Of a DNA stretch of 64,000 nt, positions 25,697-36,783 are shown in pieces. How positions within the stretch are numbered: position 1 is the stretch's first letter; each line of letters starts with the position of its first letter. The translations under genes were made by a program, and so were the position numbers. Where the stretch lies: assembly GCA_020536535.1 (NCBI GenBank), contig JAHLWZ010000615.1:18027-82026 (forward strand), written 5' to 3'. The notes beneath the pieces are model-generated. The model was not told the origin of the DNA and searched no databases. It saw only the letters and a list, made by a program, of their open reading frames with translations. Origin of the DNA: Pelomyxa schiedti. Its lineage: Eukaryota > Protista > Evosea.

Positions 25697-26865
25697 TTAA
25701 TTTACTTCTATCCAGAACCACACGTAATGCCTTGTGTAGTAGGTGTTGGACTTGGGTTTCTTTAGTGGTGAGAAAACGGACTGGTAGGTGTCCAGCAGCA
25801 AGTCTTTGCGCTCTTCAGTTTTGTTTCCACTCAGTGATGAGCTTATCTTGGTTGTATTTTTAGACTGGGATGAAAATACTGCTGGGTACCTTTAGTGCTA
25901 TCTGTGCCTTGAGGCCAGGAATTTTCACATATAATTCAACAACGGGAGAAATGGAGAAACGGAGGAGAGCCATAAAGTTACCAAGGCCAGGTATTCCAAT
26001 GGATCCTTGTAAAGCGTGTTCACAAGGCCAGCTGTAACCATAGAAAGCAACAAAGATTCGAAAGTGTTGTCTGCCCAAAGCTTCACATTGGCCAAAAAAG
26101 TGAGGTGCACGAGCAGCTGTGGGAAATTAGTAAGAGAAAACAAATGGGGTTAGCTCACTATTTATCGAGGTGGAAGGGGAAAGAGCGGATTGTATCTTTT
26201 CAAGGAATGGCTGTGCATAAGTGACCAAGTTAACAATTAACAATCTCAAAATTCCAACAAACCACGCCAGTCAAATGAGTCCAGGAAATGAACTAGATGT
26301 AGTTAGTCACATAAAGACACAGTGAAAGAAAACATGAACAAAAACACTGAGAAAGTAAGCATACAGGTTGATCCACCGGGCGCTCGTGTGTCTTTGGCTT
26401 GGCAACCCCACGGGCCACAGCGATAAGACAATCCTCGTACACGCCACGCTGTTTCTTCATTGCGGCTCCGATCAACTGCATGATGTACGCCACCTCCTTC
26501 TGTACCTTGGGCAACGCGCCCTCAATAAGGCTGATGGCAGATGCCCTACGGCTTCGCTTGTCTGTTTCTGCCCGGCATTGCTCCCTGAGACTCGCTGCTA
26601 GTTGTCTGGCTTGCTCTCCCTCCTCTGTCACTCGGCGGATCTCCTCGTCGGTTGCTTGGAGATCGAGTCGGGTCTCTCTACGCGCCGCAAGTGCACGAAT
26701 GTCACCTTCCACTTCATTTTGGAGTTGCCGAAGTTGAACGGCACTCAGTGATGCAAGGTGGTCTAGCTCAGCGCGGCTGGCTCCAGGAGGCAGGGGGCCA
26801 ATGTATCGTCTCGCGGGGGTACTCGTCTGAGGACCACCGGTGTTCCAGGCATTGCAATCACTCAT
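25697..26865 (-). CDS. Hypothetical protein: N-terminal coiled coil plus beta-rich C-terminal domain
   Basis: Five exons join in frame with GT-AG introns (…VDQP|FISWTHLTGV|PFLEKIQ…|ARAPHFFG…IALK|ISSS…WFWIEVN*). Confidence 0.6.
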
Positions 26866-26921
26866 CTGGGTTTTTTTTTCTCAATTACAAAAAATTTGCT
26901 TAGGACGACGAAACGATTGTT

Positions 26922-28063
26922 CTAGTTGGGTTCAAGCAGCGAGGGAGTGACGTGTAGAGTCAACTCCAAGAGAGCTTCTTCTTGTTGGAACATAGCGACT
27001 TCAGCAGCAGACAACATGTAAACAGTCGAATAGCCCACGCTCAAATCCACAATCCTTTCCGTCTTCACTGTGAGAGAGGAGGAAGTCTTGTTGTGTGAGT
27101 CAGGGAAAGCAAGGGCTGTTCTACCTTAAATCGGCGGGCACGTTTCTTTGGAGGAACCGAACGTACCATCAACTCACGACCGGCGAACTTGAAGTGAAGT
27201 CGACTATTACCATCGGGGGTTATGAACACAGTCCCAAAAGCTTCTGGTTGTGAAAACGAAGGGCACCCTGTAACTGCCAGCTGAAACACGAACCGGCTCT
27301 CCTTCCTTGGAGTAAACTTCACCGGTTTACACAGGAATGACACTCGCGGTGTCCCTGGAAGAATATGAGACAAAGTGGAATGAAGTTTACTTACATGTAG
27401 ATATAAGACCAAAAAAACTACGGCAAACAAGCTGAAGAGTCACTCGGCTTGAGTAGGTGAGAAAGGGCAAGATAAACAGCAGAAAATTTGGCAACTGAAG
27501 AACGTTTGCTTTACACAGAGTTAGAGTGGCACCACCCTGCAGAACCCATACACTTGTACAATATCCTTCTCCACTCAGCCGGCCTGTTAACTTCACGAAT
27601 TATATCTCGCACTCCCTACTAGGTGTGAGTTTTTAACGAAATTTTCAGTTGGTTTCTATACCTGCTCTGGTTTAAGGACTTCGGTCGTTTGACAATTTCC
27701 GTCACGATAGTGGTCCAAAACATCTTGCCGTATCTTTTGTCGATCAGCATCTGCTTTCTGCATAGCCACCACCAGGTTTGTAGATAAGGAGGCAAGGTTG
27801 TTGAGATTGCGCCAGAGTTCTTTGTCCTTCTCTTCTACTTTTTCACGTTCCCCAACAAGCTCTTCCAGCTCTAATTCTGCTTTCTCTGCCTCCCCCACGT
27901 ACCTGTCTCGATTTGCCTCGGCCCCACGAAGAAAGGAGGATCGCAGTGCGACGGCGTTGTCGTACTGACGCTGGTCTTCAAGTAGGGCGTTCAGTTGTGC
28001 CCTCAGTGTAAGAAGCTTGGCAATCTCAGCGCGACAATCCGGATCCATATGGCGTCGTATCAT
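26922..28063 (-). CDS. Hypothetical protein: N-terminal coiled coil plus beta-rich (MATH-like?) C-terminal domain
   Basis: Exons splice in frame (…LKPEQ|GVRDII…|…WTPRVSFL…FKFAGR|RTALAF…LELTLHVTPSLLEPN*). Confidence 0.6.
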
Positions 28064-28271
28064 CTCTCGCTGTTGGGTTTTTTTTTTTTAGATCCACACA
28101 CTTTCTATTTTAAATTTTGATGGGCGGTTCTGCCAGGCAGGGGAGTAACGACAGAAAGGTCCAAACATAAAAAAGTAACTTTTGTCGAACTTTCTCTCAT
28201 CCCTCCCCTGGCCAGGGGTGGGCAAAAACAGCACTCAGAGGCGGAATTTCGGCACTGCCAAATGAGAAACG

Positions 28272-29828
28272 TCACTCAGTTCCAAGGCGGAGCAGATACC
28301 CGGATGGTGTAGCCACCCTGTGTACTGGGTTAGAGGAAATACAATGCAGGTATGTATCAGTGGGTTGGTTACCGTTGAATGAAGTTGGAACCAATCATTT
28401 CCCACAGGTGAAACTGAACCCCAAGCCCAGACATGTGCAGCTTTTTTTTGAGGACCCTCTGTTTATGTGAGCGTAATTAGGCAAGAAGAATAAAGCTGGG
28501 TACTAACCTCCTCCAGCATTTCATGAAACCTTGTGTGGGATAGGGCATCACACAGTTCTTGGCGTCCGTTTTGTATCATAGATAGAATAGGGCCGGCATA
28601 GGGAACAGAAAATCGGTAAATGTCAACATCAAGCTGTACAATAACCCCAGCATGCATCAGGAGTCTATGTCTCAGATGAGAGGTGAAGACCATTATTTTG
28701 AAGGTGTTTTACGTGATGTCTCGGTCTTCCAGTACAAAGCCATTGTAAGACAGTGCTTCAGACAATTCCTTGAAGGATGTGTCACAAGTTTTCAATGTTT
28801 CTAAGCATCCTAGCAGCTGTTCTTCTGGTTTTAAAAACCACACCCAAGAAAGGGGATTTGCTTACCGAATACGCAGTATCTGGAGTTGCCTACAGCAGGA
28901 CTTGAGCAACAGGTTTTATCCATTGTGGTTGACGAACTAGAACTGCCCTCACTCAGAGGGTGCTCTTCTTGATCATGGGATTTAAATGATTCTACAGAGG
29001 TCTGGAGGGCTCTACGGTAATCATCCAAGAGGAGAATGGCACAATCGGGAGATGGAACAGAAATATTGAAAATTCGAATGGTGTTGTTTTCTACAAGTAC
29101 TGCCTGTTTTTTGTGTTGCCTTAGGAAAAGAAAAGTCGTTCAATTGTGGTCTGGAGAGCAGTCAATTAGGTGCTGAAATAGTCAAAAACACATGCCATAC
29201 AAGGTCCTTGTCAGCAGCCGTTCTATCTTTTGAAAGGCTATAAACTTGTGATCGAAGGCAAAACGGCGGTCTTGGAGTAGGGTCATTCTAGTAGAAGTCA
29301 TTCACATCAAAAAGAGTTTGTATGGCATGCCCGATTACCTCTGCAGGAGGTAGCTCATTTCGCAAAATATTCAAGACCACTTCGATGTCAGATGGGAAGT
29401 CCTCCTCATTCAGGTCATCCACCCTAACACATACTGCATATTCTTTTAGATTGTTTTATACGGTGTGCGTTTGCAATCCAACTTTTCTAAATGCACAGAT
29501 GCATCAAAATTTTAAAAAACATCTAGAAGTTAAAAGGAAAACACAAATAGCCAAAGTAGGTAGTTGTTAGCATCACCAGTGTGGCTATTTTCATCAGTAG
29601 CAGCACTGGGCTGCTGTTCCCTTTGTTCATGTGCAGCTACTCGAGGCCTCGCTGAACGTGGTGACTGTTGTCAATTGTTGAAAAAAAAAAGTCACTTGAC
29701 GGGCATTATCAACACACTTTGGGGGAGCAAATCGACAATAACATCTTGTCAGCCACCAATTTTTGGGGACTGGGCTTGTCGCATCTGGCCTTCTTGGGCT
29801 TGGACGGTGTCGCCTGCTCTGACGCCAT
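28272..29828 (-). CDS. STK19: STK19 homolog (winged-helix, transcription-coupled repair factor)
   Basis: FCLRSQVYSLSKDRTAADKDL, LLMHAGVIVQLDVDIYRFSVPYAGPILSMIQNGRQEL, SGLGFSFHLWEMIG and C-terminal TPSGYLLRL match remembered STK19 family motifs. Confidence 0.85.
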
Positions 29829-29948
29829 CACCGTAACGATTTTCTCTTCGCCGATAGATCGGCTGCACGTTCTCAATGCGGAAATTACGAATGAACGAGA
29901 TAACTCGATTTAAAATTTTTGATTTCGGGCTTGGGTGGGTTTTTTTAC

Positions 29949-31505
29949 TTACAAGTACGAGAGTACTTGTATTGCCTCAGAGGAAGAGGGGTTACTGCCG
30001 TGATAGATGGTGACTGTGCCTTTGATTACGTTGTAAATGAATGTGGCGAGGGTGATTGAGGTGTCTGGAGGTGTTGCCGTACGGTAAATAGGCCACTGTG
30101 AATCCTGATTATATAGAGGGCTTGTTAGATACTGGAGTGGAAGCTGTGTTTTCACTACAGACCTGTGTGTCTCCGAGGATAGCTAGTACTTGGTCATATG
30201 ACATAGGCTCTCCTATTTCCAACATGCGCTGGTATCTATGTATGGTGCTGTTTCCGGGGCTCTGCGGTACATCCAGTCTGAGGTAGTGGTTGGTGTGTTC
30301 ATAGTATCCGCCAACTTCCACATCATGAATGTCAACCTCTGGAGATGTTAGTGAGGAGTTCCTTTCCGTATTCAGTCACACTTGTTGAATGTGTCTCAAT
30401 GTTCACCACGCGACTGCCATCAAGTGAGATCAAATTGGTACTGAAACCCAGTGCAATGCTGTCTGGTGTGGCCCGGTTAACAAGATCGTTCATATCCACT
30501 GAATTAAGCATGTCTCTGTAAACGTGTATTAGAATACTGGTGAACCGTTTGTAGGATACCTATTAATAAAATAGCGAGCTCTCCCACCAACTACAACATC
30601 ATTTGGAGGTAGTGCGTTGCATGAGAAGGCAATGCTATCTGTCCAGCCCGTCGCAAAACCAGGAATATGTGCTAAAAGAGGATTGGCATAGGTTTGGGGA
30701 GTTGCATGTTACCAGTGTAAGTTAAAGCAGTGAAATGCCTCGAGCACTTCACATCGTCGCACCAAAGTTGTGTGGCACTTAACACGAATAGACCTTTAAG
30801 GGTATCAAAACGCGTAGATGTTTGCTTGAATATTACCAGAGACGTAATCAGGGCCACCATCCTCATTGTGCGCTACAAGTTTCATATTGTACATATCATT
30901 GGCAAGGATATCCGAGCAGTGACCTGCAGAGGCCTGATCCTGACCCTGATCAATGAGTGTTTCAATTTCTATGCAAGTCAGGAGAAGGTAAAATTCAGTA
31001 CTGCAAAAACCAGGTTCAAGTGCCAAAAGCATTAAATCCGTAAACTGCACTTTTGCCCCGTCAGCAAGGCCTTGCAGTTCATCAATTGCATCAGGGTAAA
31101 ACATTTGATTTTTAGTGAGGAACTGTTAAAAGTTGTTACTCTGGTTAACGTTTAGGTAGGATGTTCAAACTGTGTTGTATTCATCAATATGGTCATAGTA
31201 CCAAGGGTACAACGTGTCAGGTAGGTCACGATTGCTGTTTTTTGCGTTTGGTGTGTTAAAACGCAAGTGTATGTGCATACATTGACATGAACTCAGCAAT
31301 TGAGGATGCACGACTTACTCCAACTTGGTACCCAAGCTGTAATGGCATCAATCCCCCGACAGAAAAAAAAAAAGGGCGTCGTACGTACGTCATACGGGGT
31401 GGATGCAACAACAGACAGCATCACCAGTGACTGTTGTGCCACAATCCCATAACTCATACACGTCAACACAACCCCCACAAACACGTTTCGGTTAAACCCA
31501 ACCAT
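29949..31505 (-). CDS. Peptidase C45 / acyl-CoA:6-APA acyltransferase-like Ntn hydrolase, probably secreted
   Basis: YPDAIDELQGLADGA, autocleavage GHCSDI, LVAHNEDG and EHTNHY. The N-terminus is hydrophobic. Confidence 0.85.
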
Positions 31506-31661
31506 AGATAGATAGAATCGGTGATTCTCCGAATTGATTGTTGTGGAAAACGAAATTGAATCAGAGGAAGGTGTTGGCCGCAGAAAAGTCGCAGGCAACT
31601 CGTCTGTTGGAGTCCAAACAAGGAAACCCTTTTTCCACTACTTTTGGAAACCACTGTGGGA

Positions 31662-33525
31662 ATGAGTAAGAGGGAACATCCCACAAGTACTAGTGCGAGC
31701 AGGGATACAGGGGCACACAGCGACGTGGTAGTTGCTGGGGCAGGGAGTGCGGTTCAAAACAAGAGCCGAAGGGTTGCACCCACTGGCGCCGCCAAGGTGC
31801 CACAAACGGATACTGAAAGGCACACCGTAGTTCCCTTGAAGGGTTCGTCTTGTTGTGTTTCGGCAGTGGTGCTTGGCAATTATGGGCCACCGTGTCTGTT
31901 TGTTTCATTGTTTTTTTTTTAGGCTCTCACATAGTTATTTTTTTTTTTTTGTTTTAGTATGCACTACAAATTGGCAGCATGTTTGGTACTTGGTTGCCAC
32001 ACATACCCAGGTAGACCCAAGGGACTTGATTTCATGTATTTCTTTCTCCCTTTTGCATTTGCATACCAAACAACTTACTGGAGTTCTGTGGTTACTTTTT
32101 GTTTCTCACAGTGGGAAAAACCTGCTCTGATATGAGAACCTTCATTGCTGGGCCTATGATGGCTCCGATTTGGGAGAAGCTACTTAACAGGTATTGACTT
32201 TTTTCCCTTGTTTAGTATTGTTATTAGTTACTTTCACAAATAGTGCTTTGGATTCGTCTATTCCCATAGGGAAAAAGTGTGTACAAGAAGTACTCCAAAA
32301 AGCACCTTTATACCGACAGTGTGCCCCCTTCTGGGATGGGATGGATTTTATTGCCAAGTGCAAGTGTGTAACTAGGGTAAATCAAACCCAATTGTTTTCT
32401 GAAGACGCCTATAGAAACAACGCCCTGTTACCAGCTATTGAACAGTGCCTCGACGGGTTTATTGGTAGTGAGCCCTCCAAAAACATGAGGCGTGCACGCA
32501 ATGAAGCTCTTTCGTCCCTTCTGGCTTTGATTACACCTGCTTTGTCACTCAAAGTTGTCACACCTCCTTTTTGAGACATTTTTCCAACCCCCATAAGAAA
32601 GGTACTGAAAAGGAAAATCAAAGTGTGACACAGAGTAGACTCTTGGGACGACCTGCAATGCTGCCAGTGGATAAGTGGCCCACAGAATGTCTGCTATTAC
32701 TCCCAATTGCCAATTTCTAATTGTAACTTTAGCGGAAGAAAAGTTCTACATACCCTTCCAATGCCAAATTAATTTTCAAGAGATAACAGAGGCTGTTCCC
32801 TTTGCAAGATTTCTCATACCGAGTATCCAAAAAACACCTAGCAAAGGGCTTTTGGTCTTGTTCCATGATATCGACACACAAAACAGTGCTTGCTTCTTCT
32901 ACACTCCTGAGCAGTTTCCACAGCTTGAGGTGTTTTATTCTTCATTGTCCTTCATGTTTTTTTTTCTTAAAGTTCAACAGGCCAGAGTCACACCCAGTGA
33001 CAAATTGCTGGGTCACATGAAAGAAAGTGAACAGGAACCTGGGTTCATTCAGTTCCAGATGGCTTTGTCAATTCCACCAGGTCGAAATGTGACTCCAAAT
33101 CCAGGTTGATTCCCAAGCTACTTTCATTTATTTCTAAATTTGTCTGTACTTCCTCACATCTACAGTTGAGAACATTTTTTCCAATCTGAGCGAAAAAGCT
33201 GGAGAGGAAGGAGGGGAGTGCTCCATGGATGATGTTTCTGATGCGTGGCTTAACCTTGAAAATGATCAGTTCTGCACTGGAGGTTCTTTCTCATTCCTTT
33301 GCCAAGAGCACATTCCCACACTGAACTTGTTGAAACCATATAGGGCCTGGGATGTTTTGCTACATGCATGCCCCAGCAAATGAGACCACATTTGAGACCT
33401 GTTTCATGCAACTTGACTCTAATCCACTTGGTACAGAACTTGACTTCTGTGGTGATGGGACAGCCTATTGGGATGTGTCATTTGATACAAAACCTCCGAC
33501 TGCCTCTCTGTCCTATGACTGCTAA
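31662..33525 (+). CDS. Hypothetical multi-exon protein
   Basis: Exons join in frame through GT-AG introns (MSKREHP…GPP|MHYKLAAC…YP|VGKTCSD…LLN|SALDSSIP…SLSYDC*). No family recognised. Confidence 0.55.
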
Positions 33526-33648
33526 TTCATTTAAAAAAAAAAACAAGTTGCCAGCAATATCTTTTGTACAAACACTCTACACAAACTATTTTTGTGCATG
33601 CAGTGTGCCAAAATACAAAAAGGTGGATGGGACCTCAAGGGGCATTGG

Positions 33649-34908
33649 TCACCAGTCTTTGATCTCAACCCTGAGTAGTGAAGGTTTTACATTGGTGACA
33701 GGAGTGGCTGATGAAAGTAAGCCAACTGAAGAAATTGAAGTGGTGGTTGTGTTGAGTGTTGTGACTGTTGCATTTTGAACACAGCCACATATTGCCTCGG
33801 CTACCTCCTGGCACTCAGATAGCTTTCTGAATCCCACAAGGAGTTTGTTGTTTCTTGGCCACGCAACTCTGTTGAAGAGAATACTGTAGCCCTTGTAGTA
33901 AGCTAAAATTGCAGGAGTTCCAACTGTAACACTCGGTTAGAAAAGTGGACTTTTTTTTTGGTAAGTACCTATTAGGTCTCCGCAAAAAGAAGGCTAAAAA
34001 TGTAAAAACAGGCTTATTAGTTGGGCTTTGTTGCAGGGAAAGAGGCTTACATATTTCTCGTGATTTACAAAATACACAAGTATGTGATGCGTGTCCGTGA
34101 GTTTCTTTAGATTGGTGAATCTGCGTGAATGGTCAAAGAGGGGAAAAAAAAAAGAGAGAGAGATTGAAGAATAACCCCATCACATAAAATAAACATTCCA
34201 TGATATATATACATATATACCCCACTGATTCAAATAACACAGCAGAAACATCCATAATATCTCCACACAACACACACAATTGAACGCAAGGAGGGTTCCA
34301 CTGGACCCCGACAGCCACGATTATGGGCCGGGCCTCCTCGCCCTCTCCCTCCCGGTCCCTATCGCGCTCCCCTTGCCCTTGCACCCCCACCTCGCTCTTC
34401 ACCGCAGCCAACACCGCCTCCAGCTCCGTGAACTCGGTGTCGCCCTTGAGCCCCTCGAGCAGCTCCGCGACGGCCGTCGCGGGCGGGGCCACCACCACCG
34501 GCGGCGTCGTCGAGCCCCCCGCCGCCGCAGCCCCGCCCCCTGTCTTGAGCGCGGTGATGCCCGCGAGGGCCGCGCTCGTGACGCAGCCCATGGACCGCGG
34601 GGAGATGGGGAGGTTCTGGGCCGCGGACGACGTGGAGCGGGGCCGCGACGAGGGCAGGTACATGCTGGCAGCCGTCCCCGGCGACGTAGACATGGACGCC
34701 GCCGACTGGTGCTGCAGAGCCGTGGCTATGATGTCATTGGTGTACTCGGGGAAGCTCTGTACTCTGCGTGGTTGTTGTGGTTGGTGTGGTTGGTGTGTGT
34801 GGGTATGGTTTATTGGTTTTGTAGAGTGCGTTACGGGGAGGGGAGAGTGTACCCCAGTTGTTTCTTTTTCGATACATGGGTGGGGAGGATGGCCTTGGCT
34901 TTATCCAT
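33649..34908 (-). CDS. DIM1/TXNL4-like thioredoxin-fold protein with low-complexity insertion
   Basis: Spliced RPIIVAVGVQWNPPCVQLFTNLKKLTDTHHILVYFVNHEKYPSFCGDLIVGTPAILAYYKG…RNNKLLVGFRKLSECQEVAEAI aligns by eye to Dim1 (RVVVIRFGHDWDPTCM…IYLVD…NNNKINWA). The start codon is uncertain (34908 or 34693). Confidence 0.65.
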
Positions 34909-35000
34909 AGTGATTGCTTCCTTGTGTCTCTTCGGGGAATTGACAATGAAAAGAAAAGACCATCACAAAAAAAAGCCGGCAAGACGAAGGAAATTCGAAG

Positions 35001-36678
35001 ATGCTGCGGAGGAAGACAATATCGTGGGGGATTGTTATACTTTGCTTTGTGTTTGGGGTACTAATGCAAAGCACATATGGCAGGGTCGTTACGAGTTTCA
35101 TGAAGTCTGCACCGCCATCGAGTACCCGGGCTAAATTTGGCCAAGCCCTTGACCCTAATTCTGGAGACGTGCCTCAAGTTGTGGTGGCATGTTTGAAAGC
35201 ACTTGTCAAATGTTTGCATTCCATTCACCTGTACTGAAAAACATCTGACTGGATTGTGCCAGTTATAAGAGAGCCTGGAATTTTTAGGATATCTGGTTCT
35301 GCTGTGCTTATTAATAGTATGACAGAGAAATGGAATAAAGGTTTCCATCTCCACTTGAAAATCCAACATAACCAAAAAAAAAAAAAAGGACAAGAACCAG
35401 ATTTGGATTCCATTATAGTACCACATACGATTACTGGACTTTTGAAAGCCTATTTGAGGTACACAGGCCCAAGTCAAATAGAAAATTCATTTTATCAAAG
35501 TCCTTAGGTCTTTGCCTCAACCCCTATTGACATTTGAGCTGTACGATAAATTTATTGAAGTTGCTGACGGTATCTATGTGGTGGTGAGCCCATTGACTGA
35601 TCTTCTTCTAGATACAGGCACGCCTATTCCCACAAGACTTCAGAGAATCCGAGAAATTGTGCACCAGTTACCACCAACATATTTCTATACAACGAAGTAT
35701 CTGCTTGGATTCATGAAGGATGTGACAGGACATTCTGATGAAAATCAAATGACATCTGCCAATATGTGTGTTTTCCCTTAACTTCAACACACCTGTAATT
35801 AACGTAGAGCTACGTGCATTGCTTCCAATATTCTGAGACCAAAAAGTGAAAAAATTGAATTCGTGGTGACTCACACGCCACTTGTAAATTGGGTGGTTGA
35901 AATGATGATTTCTTCCTATGATAACATATTTGAAGTACTGCAAACCACCTTTAAAGTTTTTTCCTAAGTGAATTTGGTAGGGGCAGTATCCTACTCCAGC
36001 AACCAGCTCTAACACCTCTGCTCCAATAGGCACTCCCCCAGATGCCTCAGAACAGGTTACATTTTTTATTCGCACATAGAAACCTTACACTTTATCTAGG
36101 CGGAGGAAGATTCGGCATGGGAGTTGCGTGAGTCTGCTTATACCACATTTTCTGATTTGCAGTCTGTAATTGCCCTTATTCAACCAAGGCTGCAAAATCA
36201 GTACTCAGAAGAACAAATCGCCTATGCAATGAAGGTTGTTGCCGAACTCTGTAAGGTAAGTCCTCCATAGCCGCCTGACCATAAACTTATTCCCACGCGG
36301 CAGTGCCAAACTGTACCTTTGGATCAGCCTGCGATTGCGCTACCCAACCAACCCACTCTGCCCTTTTCAGCTGCATTTTATCTCCCCGACGAAACTGTGT
36401 AATTGCCTTAAACCATTTATGAAATCATCGTAAGTGAGTCACTAACCACACCCAAACCCAAAAACAGTAAACCTATGGAATCACTGCTTGGCTACGTACT
36501 CTCATACGCCGATAGCATAACAACCTCAATATCACTACTCCTCACACCAGATGAGATCTCCCCGTACCTCAACCGCCTCGTCTGGATTCACACCGTAACT
36601 TTCTTTTTTTCTTTATGCTATCTAACAAAGCGAACAAACCAAAAGGCACTGCGTTCGTTAGAGAGTGCTTTGCGATGA
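35001..36678 (+). CDS. RhoGAP-domain protein, multi-exon
   Basis: KFGQAL…VPQVVVACL, EPGIFRISGS, HTITGLLKAYLRSLPQPLLTFELY and NQMTSAN. Confidence 0.9.
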
Positions 36679-36783
36679 CAGTACTCCCCTGCCTCAATTG
36701 AGGTGTCTAGATCTGTATTTTTGTGATAAACAATAAGAATTCGGTGATGAACAGAACAGAAAAGAAAAAAATCGCTTCGGTAG

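Noticed and set aside
27410-27510. F-box-like text (LQLPNFLLFILPFLTY…LVCRSF) in the ORF track
   Set aside because: Most of it falls within a predicted intron, and that ORF is out of frame with the upstream exon.
34691-34694. Shared CATG start for two divergent genes
   Set aside because: Better starts exist at 34908 (minus) and 35001 (plus), so it is probably coincidence.
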